From: Eledone cirrhosa
Taxonomy: Eukaryota
Direction: 5' to 3'
Length of the DNA: 64,000 nucleotides
Assembly (NCBI GenBank): GCA_964016885.1
Contig: OZ024740.1
Span: 400,644,001-400,708,000, forward strand
Both the position numbers and the translations under genes were made by a program. Below, one piece after another: positions 53,262-64,000 of the stretch (position 1 is the stretch's first letter; the number at the start of each line of letters is the position of its first letter). The notes under the pieces were generated by a model. The model worked only from the letters and a program-made list of their open reading frames with translations, was not told the DNA's origin and made no database searches.

Positions 53262-56200
53262 TTTGTATGTGTGTGAAAATGTGTGAGTGAATGTAGTTGT
53301 TTGTGTGTGAAAATGTGTGAGTGAATGTAGTTGTTTGTGTGTGAATGTATGAGTGAATGTGGTTCTTTGTGTGTGAATGTGTGAGTGAATGTAGTTGTTT
53401 GTGTGTGAATGTGTGAGTGAATGTAGTTGTTTGTGTGTGAAAATGTGTGAGTGAATGTAGTTGTTTGTGTGTGAATGTGTGAGTGAATGTAGTTGTTTGT
53501 GTGTGAATCTGTGAGTGAATGTGGTTGTTTGTGTGTGAATGTGTGAGTGAATGTGGTTGTTTGTGTGTGAATGTGTGAGTGAATGTAGTTGTTTGTATGT
53601 GAATGTGTGAGTGAATGTGGTTGTTTGTGTGTGAATGTGTGAGTGAATGTAGTTGTTTGTGTGTGAATGTGTGAGTGAATGTAGTTGTTTGTGTGTGAAT
53701 GTGTGAGTGAATGTAGTTGTTTGTATGTGAATATGTGAGTGAATGTGGTTGTTTGTGTGTGAATGTGTGAGTGAATGTAGTTGTTTGTGTGTGAATGTGT
53801 GAGTGAATGTAGTTGTTTGTGTGTGAATGTGTGAGTGAATGTAGTTGTTTGTGTGTGAATGTGTGAGTGAATGTGGTTGTTTGTGTGTGAATGTGTGAGT
53901 GAATGTGGTTGTTTGTGTCTGAATGTGTGAGTGAATGTAGTTGTTTGTGTGTGAATGTGTGAGTGAATGTAGTTGTTTGTGTGTGAATGTGTGAGTGAAT
54001 GTAGTTGTTTGTGTGTGAATGTGTGAGTGAATGTAGTTGTTTGTGTGTGAATGTGTGAGTGAATGTAGTTGTTTGTGTGTGAATGTGTGAGTGAATGTGA
54101 TTGTTTGTGTGTGAATGTGTGAGTGAATGTTGTTGTTTGTGTGTGAATGTGTGAGTGAATGTAGTTGTTTGTGTGTGAATGTGTGAGTGAATGTAGTTGT
54201 TTGTGTGTGAATGTGTGAGTGAATGTTGTTGTTTGTGTGTGAATGTGTGAGTGAATGTAGTTGTTTGTGTGTGAATGTGTGAGTGAATGTGGTTGTTTGT
54301 GTGTGAATGTGTGAGTGAATGTGGTTGTTTGTGTGTGAATGTGTGAGTGAATGTAGTTGTTTGTGTGTGAATGTATGAGTGAATGTGGTTGTTTGTGTGT
54401 GAATGTGTGAGTGAATGTAGTTGTTTGTGTGTGAATGTGTGAGTGAATGTGGTTGTTTGTGTGTGAATGTGTGAGTGAATGTAGTTGTTTGTGTGTGAAT
54501 GTGTGAGTGAATGTGGTTGTTTGTGTGTGAATGTATGAGTGAATGTAATTGTTTTTGTGTGAATGTGTGAGTGAATGTAGTTGTTTGTGTGTGAATGTGT
54601 GAGTGAATGTGGTTGTTTGTGTGTGAATGTGTGAGTGAATGTCGTTGTTTGTGTGTGAATGTGTGAGTGAATGTAGTTGTTTGTGTGTGAATGTGTGAGT
54701 GAATGTAGTTGTTTGTGTGTGAATGTATGAGTGAATGTGGTTGTTTGTGTGTGAATGTGTGAGTGAATGTAGTTGTTTGTGTGTGAATGTGTGAGTGAAT
54801 GTAGTTGTTTGTGTGTGAATGTGTGAGTGAATGTAGTTGTTTGTGTGTGAATGTGTGAGTGAATGTGGTTGTTTGTGTGTGAATGTGTGAGTGAATGTGG
54901 TTGTTTGTGCTGTGAATGTGTGAGTGAATGTGGTTGTTTGTGTGTGAATGTGTGAGTGAATGTAGTTGTTTGTGTATGAATGTGTGAGTGAATGTAGTTG
55001 TTTGTGTGTGAATGTATGAGTGAATGTAGTTGTTTGTGTGTGAATGTGTGAGTGAATGTAGTTGTTTGTGTGTGAATGTGTGAGTGAATGTAGTTGTTTG
55101 TGTGTGAATGTGTGAGTGAATGTAGTTGTTTGTGTGTGAATGTGTGAGTGAATGTAGTTGTTTGTGTGTGAATGTGTGAGTGAATGTGGTTGTTTGTGTG
55201 TGAATGTGTGAGTGAATGTAGTTGTTTGTGTGTGAATGTGTGAGTGAATGTAGTTGTTTGTGTGTGAATGTGTGAGTGAATGTGGTTGTTTGTGTGTGAA
55301 TGTGTGAGTGAATGTGGTTGTTTGTGTGTGAATGTGTGAGTGAATGTAGTTGTTTGTGTGTGAATGTGTGAGTGAATGTAGTTGTTTGTGTGTGAATGTA
55401 TGAGTGAATGTGGTTGTTTGTGTGTGAATGTGTGAGTGAATGTAGTTGTTTGTGTGTGAATGTGTGAGTGAATGTAGTTGTTTGTGTGTGAATGTGTGAG
55501 TGAATGTAGTTGTTTGTGTGTGAATGTGTGAGTGAATGTGGTTGTTTGTGTGTGAATGTGTGAGTGAATGTAGTTGTTTGTGTGTGAATGTGTGAGTGAA
55601 TGTAGTTGTTTGTGTGTGAATGTGAGTGTGAATGTAGTTGTTTGTGTGTGAATGTGTGAGTGAATGTGGTTGTTTGTGTGTGAATGTGTGAGTGAATGTG
55701 GTTGTTTGTGTGTGAATGTGTGAGTGAATGTGGTTGTTTGTGTGTGAATGTGTGAGTGAATGTAGTTGTTTGTGTATGAATGTGTGAGTGAATGTAGTTG
55801 TTTGTGTGTGAATGTGTGAGTGAATGTAGTTGTTTGTGTGTGAATGTGTGAGTGAATGTGGTTGTTTGTCTGTGAATGTGTGAGTGAATGTGGTTGTTTG
55901 TGTGTGAATGTGTGAGTGAATGTGGTTGTTTGTGTGTGAATGTGTGAGTGAATGTAGTTGTTTGTGTATGAATGTGTGAGTGAATGTAGTTGTTTGTGTG
56001 TGAATGTATGAGTGAATGTAGTTGTTTGTGTGTGAATGTGTGAGTGAATGTAGTTGTTTGTGTGTGAATGTGTGAGTGAATGTAGTTGTTTGTGTGTGAA
56101 TGTGTGAGTGAATGTAGTTGTTTGTGTGTGAATGTGTGAGTGAATGTAGTTGTTTGTGTGTGAATGTGTGAGTGAATGTGGTTGTTTGTGTGTGAATGTG

Positions 56201-59200
56201 TGAGTGAATGTAGTTGTTTGTGTGTGAATGTGTGAGTGAATGTAGTTGTTTGTGTGTGAATGTGTGAGTGAATGTGGTTGTTTGTGTGTGAATGTGTGAG
56301 TGAATGTGGTTGTTTGTGTGTGAATGTGTGAGTGAATGTAGTTGTTTGTGTGTGAATGTGTGAGTGAATGTAGTTGTTTGTGTGTGAATGTGTGAGTGAA
56401 TGTAGTTGTTTGTATGTGAATGTGTGAGTGAATGTGGTTGTTTGTGTGTGAATGTATGAGTGAATGTAGTTGTTTGTGTGTGAATGTGTGAGTGAATGTA
56501 GTTGTTTGTGTGTGAATGTGTGAGTGAATGTGGTTGTTTGTGTGTGAATGTGTGAGTGAATGTGGTTGTTTGTGTGTGAATGTATGAGTGAATGTGGTTG
56601 TTTGTGTGTGAATGTGTGAGTGAATGTAGTTGTTTGTGTGTGAATGTGTGAGTGAATGTGGTTGTTTGTGTGTGAATGTGGTTGTTTGTGTGTGAATGTG
56701 TGAGTGAATGTGGTTGTTTGTGTGTGAATGTGTGAGTGAATGTGGTTGTTTGTGTGTGAATGTGTGAGTGAATGTGGTTGTTTGTGTATGAATGTGTGAG
56801 TGAATGTGGTTGTTTGTGTATGAATGTGTGAGTGAATGTGGTTGTTTGTGTGTGAATGTGTGAGTGAATGTAGTTGTTTGTGTGTGAATGTGTGAGTGAA
56901 TGTGGTTGTTTGTGTATGATTGTGTGAGTGAATGTAGTTGTTTGTGTGTGAATGTGTGAGTGAATGTAGTTGTTTGTGTGTGAATGTGTGAGTGAATGTT
57001 GTTGTTTGTGTGTGAATGTGTGAGTGAATGTGGTTGTTTGTGTGTGAATGTGTGAGTGAATGTAGTTGTTTGTGTGTGAATGTATGAGTGAATGTGGTTG
57101 TTTGTGTGTGAATGTGTGAGTGAATGTGGTTGTTTGTGTGTGAATGTGTGAGTGAATGTAGTTGTTTGTGTGTGAATGTATGAGTGAATGTGATTGTTTG
57201 TGTGTGAATGTGTGAGTGAATGTAGTTGTTTGTGTGTGAATGTGGTTGTTTGTGTGTGAATGTGTGAGTGAATGTAGTTGTTTGTGTGTGAATGTGTGAG
57301 TGAATGTGGTTGTTAGTGTGTGAATGTATGAGTGAATGTAGTTGTTTGTGTGTGAATGTGTGAGTGAATGTAGTTGTTTGTGTGTGAATGTGTGAGTGAA
57401 TGTGGTTGTTTGTGTGTGAATGTGTGAGTGAATGTGGTTGTTTGTGTGTGAATGTGTGTGTGAATGTAGTTGTTTGTGTGTGAATGTGTGAGTGAATGTG
57501 GTTGTTTGTGTGTGAATGTGTGAGTGAATGTGGTTGTTTGTGTGTGAATGTGTGAGTGAATGTAGTTGTTTGTGTGTGAATGTGTGAGTGAATGTGGTTG
57601 TTTGTGTGTGAATGTGTGAGTGAATGTGGTTGTTTGTGTGTGAATGTGTGAGTGAATGTAGTTGTTTGTGTGTGAATGTGTGAGTGAATGTGGTTGTTTG
57701 TGTGTGAATGTGTGAGTGAATGTAGTTGTTTGTGTGTGAATGTGTGAGTGAATGTGGTTGTTTGTGTGTGAATGTGTGAGTGAATGTAGTTGTTTGTGTG
57801 TGAATGTGTGAGTGAATGTGGTTGTTTGTGTGTGAATGTGTGAGTGAATGTAGTTGTTTGTGTGTGAATGTGTGAGTGAATGTAGTTGTTTGTGTGTGAA
57901 TCTGTGAGTGAATGTAGTTGTTTGTGTGTGAATGTGTGAGTGAATGTAGTTGTTTGTGTGTGAATGTGTGAGTGAATGTGGTTGTTTGTGTGTGAATGTG
58001 TGAGTGAATGTGGTTGTTTGTGTGTGAATGTGTGAGTGAATGTAGTTGTTTGTGTGTGAATGTGTGAGTGAATGTGGTTGTTTGTGTGTGAATGTGTGAG
58101 TGAATGTGGTTGTTTGTGTGTGAATGTGTGAGTGAATGTAGTTGTTTGTGTGTGAATGTGTGAGTGAATGTGGTTGTTTGTGTGTGAATGTGTGAGTGAA
58201 TGTAGTTGTTTGTGTGTGAATGTGTGAGTGAATGTGGTTGTTTGTGTGTGAATGTGTGAGTGAATGTAGTTGTTTGTGTGTGAATGTGTGAGTGAATGTG
58301 GTTGTTTGTGTGTGAATGTGTGAGTGAATGTAGTTGTTTGTGTGTGAATGTGTGAGTGAATGTAGTTGTTTGTGTGTGAATCTGTGAGTGAATGTAGTTG
58401 TTTGTGTGTGAATGTGTGAGTGAATGTAGTTGTTTGTGTGTGAATGTGTGAGTGAATGTGGTTGTTTGTGTGTGAATGTGTGAGTGAATGTAGTTGTTTG
58501 TGTGTGAATGTGTGAGTGAATGTAGTTGTTTGTGTATGAATGTGTGAGTGAATGTAGTTGTTTGTGTGTGAATGTGTGAGTGAATGTGGTTGTTTGTGTG
58601 TGAATGAATGAGTGAATGTTGTTGTTTGTGTGTGAATGTGTGAGTGAATGTGGTTGTTTGTGTGTGAATGTGTGAGTGAATGTGGTTGTTTGTGTGTGAA
58701 TGTGTGAGTGAATGTAGTTGTTTGTGTGTGAATGTGTGAGTGAATGTGGTTGTTTGTGTATGAATGTGTGAGTGAGTGTGGTTGTTTGTGTATGAATGTG
58801 TGAGTGAATGTGGTTGTTTGTGTGTGAATGTGTGAGTGAATGTGGTTGGTTGTGTGTGAATGTGTGAGTGAATGTAGTTGTTTGTGTGTGAATGTGTGAG
58901 TGAATGTGGTTGTTTGTGTATGAATGTGTGAGTGAATGTAGTTGTTTGTGTGTGAATGTGTGAGTGAATGTGGTTGTTTGTGTGTGAATGTGTGAGTGAA
59001 TGTAGTTGTTTGTATGTGAACGTGTGAGTGAATGTGGTTGTTTGTGTGTGAATGTGTGAGTGAATGTAGTTGTTTGTGTGTGAATGTGTGAGTGAATGTT
59101 GTTGTTTGTGTGTGAATGTGTGAGTGAACGTGGTTGTTTGTGTGTGAATGTGTGAGTGAATGTGGTTGTTTGTGTATGAATGTGTGAGTGAATGTAGTTG

Positions 59201-59945
59201 TTTGTGTGTGAATGTGTGAGTGAATGTAGTTGTTTGTGTGTGAATGTGTGAGTGAATGTAGTTGTTTGTGTGTGAATGTGTGAGTGAATGTGGTTGTTTG
59301 TGTGTGAATGTGTGAGTGAATGTAGTTGTTTGTGTATGAATGTGTGAGTGAATGTAGTTGTTTGTGTGTGAATGTGTGAGTGAATGTTGTTGTTTGTGTG
59401 TGAACGTGTGAGTGAATGTGGTTGTTTGTATGTGAATGTGTGAGTGAATGTGGTTGTTTGTGTGTGAATGTGTGAGTGAATGTAGTTGTTTGTGTGTGAA
59501 TGTGTGAGTGAATGTAGTTGTTTGTGTGTGAATGTGTGAGTGAATGTGGTTGTTTGTGTATGAATGTGTGAGTGAATGTAGTTGTTTGTGTATGAATGTG
59601 TGAGTGAATGTAGTTGTTTGTGTATGAATGTGTGAGTGAATGTAGTTGTTTGTGTGTGAATGTGTGAGTGAATGTAGTTGTTTGTGTGTGAATGTGTGAG
59701 TGAATGTAGTTGTTTGTGTGTGAATGTGTGAGTGAATGTAGTTGTTTGTGTGTGAATGTGTGAGTGAATGTGATTGTTTGTGTGTGAATGTGTGAGTGAA
59801 TGTGGTTGTTTGTATGTGAATGTGTGAGTGAATGTAGTTGTTTGTGTATGAATGTGTGAGTGAATGTGGTTGTTTGTGTGTGAATGTGTGAGTGAATGTA
59901 GTTGTTTGTGTGTGAATGTGTGAGTGAATGTGGTTGTTTGTGTGG
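53262..59945. repeat. Minisatellite array, 32-bp unit GTGTGTGAATGTGTGAGTGAATGT[A/G]GTTGTTT, ~208 copies
   Basis: Unit counted from 53401; ~6.7 kb divided by 32. Confidence 0.97.
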
Positions 59946-60032
59946 GTATTATAGATACAGAGAGAAAGAAAGAAAGGAAGAGAGAGAGATAGATAGAGAT
60001 ATATAGATAGATAGGTTGAGAGAGAGATAGAT

Positions 60033-60053
60033 ATATTTCTTTATTAGCCACAA
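60033..60053 (-). mobile_element. Extreme 3' tip of a Tx1-type LINE within (GATA)n
   Basis: Minus strand ttgtggctaataaagaaatat versus gtggcaaataaaagaaatat at 43063-43082. Confidence 0.55.
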
Positions 60054-60669
60054 GATAGATAGATAGATAGATAGATTGAGAGAGAGATAGATAGATAGAT
60101 AGATAGATTGAGAGACAGAGAGAGAGAGAGTTATATTTCATTAATGGAGTCGAGGAAAATTATGAAACTTTCTGTTTCCATATTTTCACAACTAAAATGT
60201 AATATAAGGGATACTAGGGATCATCACGAAAGATACGAAATCAAATATTCACCATTACAACACAAATGATTGCGGCATACAAAGTATGTAGCGACCTGTA
60301 GATAATTCCAGTGATCAAACACCTTAAACACTCATCATTGAAGCAGATGCGAGAGTCATTTACTAACTGTGTATAGGAGTTTTATTTCTGCCATTATCGT
60401 AATATGGTTTTTGAAGCAAGGGAGGAAAATGTAGTGTAAAATGTAGACAAATCTTTAGACAGCTATATATTATTACTTGTACTTCTCTGACACAAAGCAG
60501 AAAAGGGGGAAATCTGAACACTATATATTATTTAATTCAGCTAGTTAATGTTACATACGCTCAAACTCAAACACATACACACATACGCACTCACACGCGC
60601 GCAATCAAACCCATCTGTCTATTGGTCTGTCTGTCTTCTCTCCCTCTCTCTTTCTCTCTCTCTGTACAT

Positions 60670-60796
<127 letters not shown>

Positions 60797-62395
60797 TATG
60801 TTTGTGTGTGTGTATGTATTCGTTTGACGCCGTTGTGATACCCATCTTGACAAGCAATAACAATATAATACAATAAGTTACTAATCTCAATAATCTGTGC
60901 CAACAACACACATGTGTATCAAATTTGCAGCAGCCATGGGAAATTGAGATAAATGAATGTAAACAATGAAAAAAACTAATAGTAGACATACAGATTAAAT
61001 ACATACATCTACGTAGACAATGATTTATAAGCGTATAGTTATGTGTGAACAGATATATATTAATATATAAATGTATATATGATTTGTTAGTTTTTACGTT
61101 TTGTCAAAGATAACTGCTTATATTTTGAAGTGAATTTTTAAGTCCGTTATCGAAAATATGTTATATGACTGTTAGAATGTTCTCAGCTTTTATTTGGCCT
61201 ATATAAATCTTTGAATTGAGCCAATGGTTATATATGTGGTTACGAACTTAACTTTTAATACCCACTTCTCTACATACTTATGGATATGCATTTGTCACTA
61301 TTCATGTAATCTCCTATCCTGCACCATTATTGTAGTAGGGTTTGCTTTTGTGTGCTAATTTTCTAAAATGATAGTATGCCGAAGGAATGATGTAATGCTC
61401 GATTTATGTACGAAATCCTGAGTCGAAATGCAAGTGAATCAGCTTCATAGAGTTATTAATAGATTCATTACGTAAACATTAGTATTATTTCGTGTTATTT
61501 TTGCTTCACTGTGGAAAGGAAACCAAGATATGTTTCTTCATTACATATGAAACCGGTTGTGGGCTGCAACTCCAGCCACGAATACAGAGGATTAGTGGAA
61601 ATTTACAATCTTCCTAATTTGTTTCGTATTGAAGACATTTTTTAAGATCTATCCTTAAACTTGCTGACACACTCCTACCGACCAGTAAAACAGGCGTTTC
61701 TGTCGCAAATGGAAAATTCTAGATTCCTACCCCACAATGCTAAAAGTGGTATTTTGCACTATTACTGAATCGTTTTTGATGCAACTTAGGTTTTCATCCT
61801 TGTGGAAAGAAACAATGACAGAGTCAAAGCTAAGGGAGAAGCATCTCTGTAGTCGTTCGTCCTTCTAGAAATAGCAGCAAAATATCAATCCAACTACGCT
61901 CTACTCTCTTAAAAAAGAAAGACAATGGATTATTTAGTCGTTGTAATACTATGTGTGACAAAGGTAGACCGAAAAATCAGAACTGAACTCGGGCTAAAGA
62001 ATTTCAAATCCGTATACAAATTCAGAAGGTTTCACGAACACAGGCATCAGGGAGACTCAGTGATCTGATAGCCAGGAAGCCCTTAAATAATTACATCCTC
62101 TCTTTAAAAAATATATATATAATGACAAGAATGTCGTAGACCACAAACTACAACACACTTGTGTATAAACTTCAATAACAGCCCGCGCTCTCAAAATATT
62201 TACCAATTTTAATTAGGATTCTCGCCCAGCTAAAGGATGCTCATTATAACCTGTTATGATTGGTTTTAGAGTTTTTCAAGATTTGCTTCGTGTACAGTAT
62301 TTTACGGAACATTGATATAAACAAAATAAAAATTATATAATTAACATTGTTTTTATCTTCTTGTGCCTAATTTGCATGCTTCTAAGAATACATAA

Positions 62396-62576
62396 TTGTT
62401 TCTACTTTTGGCACGAGGCCAGCAATTATCCAGTACATTACTGGTACTTTATTTTATCGACCCCGAAAGGATGAAAGGCAAAGTTAACCTCGGCGGGATT
62501 TGAACTCAGTCCGTAAAGGGAAGTAATTATGCTGCAAAGCATGGCGTCCGACTCTCTACCGATACTGCCAATCCAC
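62396..62576 (-). mobile_element. tRNA-derived SINE family A
   Basis: Reverse complement of the consensus, well conserved. Confidence 0.88.
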
Positions 62577-64000
62577 AATACATAATATTGCAATATTAGT
62601 ATCCTGAGGAAGTTCATTGTAGCGTATGCTCAACGGGATAAGGTAATTTCAGGATTGGTTGACAACATCTTATAATTTCAGCAGTATGAACGCAATCCAT
62701 ATTAGAATAAAAGTGCTTTATTTATTAATCCCCTTTTAGATTCATTATAACATCTTACTAACATAAACAACTTTCATATCAAGACCAGAAAAGGATCGTT
62801 AAATGTTATGCGATTTTTACTTGAATATATAATGCGGATAATCGAGAGTTTACTGGAAATAAGAAAAGAATGAAAACTAATAAAGGATTATAAAAAAGGT
62901 ACTTCTACTTCTATTACACAAAGAGAAAAATATAGTAGTTTGGAGATTTTATTAGAAAGTAAAATAAATTATGAAAAAGGAATGGAAAACCAAGAATTAC
63001 GATGATTGATAATATCAATTTGAACAGTAGTTGCCCTATTGCTAAGGAAAGATCGTGGGTTCTTTCCCCAGATAGGGCAATGCATTGAATCTATGGTCAA
63101 AGCACTCATTTTACATTGCTCTATTTGATTCAGCTGAGATTTAGTTCCAACACTAGCTTGTATTAAACTTGCGACGATCTCATATGCCCTGTGCTTTCAG
63201 TCAATTAATATTACATATAGAAAGAGGAAATACGATCGTACAACAACCTGCGTCAGCATGAAAAAAAGGCGCAAAACCAATGATAATATCAAGAGTTGGA
63301 TAGTCATAAAATACAGCAGATACATAAGAACAACAGATGGAAAGGTGCGATGGCAAACAATAATATTCAACAATCTAAAAACATATTATACGGGTTTATG
63401 ACGAGTTGATTGACTTTTGAGATATGTTGGAGATGAGTAGCTGGTTTTGTTCAAAGTATTCTAATTTGTTACACCTACTAAATATTTAGATATATTTTAA
63501 AATCTTTGTTTAATTTTCACCATTGGGCATCTGCAGTTACTAGAACCTATTATCTACACTTCTAACATATTCTATAATAACAGAAACAAACCTAATATCT
63601 AAATTATGGAGAGGAATGTGTAATGTATATTCACTTCTGATTTACAATTGAAACATCGCAAAATCATAAACATAGTTATCATTTATCCTCCTTCACCTCG
63701 TTTTCCCCAATCCTGCTTTCCTTCTGATAACAATCATTATCTTAATCATCCTCACTTATCCTCCATCGCGTCTTCACCAAACATCCTCCTCCACCTCGCC
63801 CTACCTCTCTTCATCATTGTCGTCATCGTTATTATTGTCAATTTAATAATCGGTATTCATATAGGTTTTATTTGTTATATACGGTATTCAAAGAATAAAA
63901 AATGAATTTACCAAAAAAATGAAGGAAAGAAAAATTGAATAATGATGAATACACAAATTATCCCCCTTCCATCTTGCCAACAAATTAAAAGACATAACTA

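Noticed and set aside
53262-59945. CRISPR-like array (32-bp repeats)
   Set aside because: No unique spacers, no cas genes, and a eukaryotic context.
57313-60141. 942-aa His/Thr-rich ORF
   Set aside because: It is the stop-free strand of the 32-bp minisatellite. The unit is not a multiple of 3 and the N-terminus is GATA/GA microsatellite.

Overview
Eukaryotic, very AT-rich and microsatellite-saturated DNA with no recognisable host exon. The SINE families and the (TA)n/(CA)n/(GA)n load suggest an octopus-like cephalopod genome, which is an inference. Almost all ORF-track entries are translations of microsatellites. The real coding content is retrotransposon-derived: a decayed R4/Dong-type RLE LINE set in (TAA)n (~17.0-20.4 kb, minus), a 5'-truncated Naiad-type Penelope-like element (RT + GIY-YIG) bracketed by inverted terminal repeats (~26.8-30.5 kb), and two tandem Tx1/L1-type LINE copies set in (ATCT)n (~36.9-43.1 kb, plus). 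Also present are many tRNA-derived SINEs, hAT and Tc1/mariner relics, and a 6.7-kb minisatellite of 32-bp units. The most notable non-coding signal is a dense set (~15-20) of hammerhead-ribozyme motifs, intact to degenerate and from several unrelated families. They sit on short Penelope-like terminal-repeat modules inserted in (TA)n, often as fold-back inverted repeats. One forms a 420-bp tandem retrozyme-like unit (21.4-22.4 kb), and one family has a conserved variant core (CAGAAGA). All alignments and folds were done by eye.
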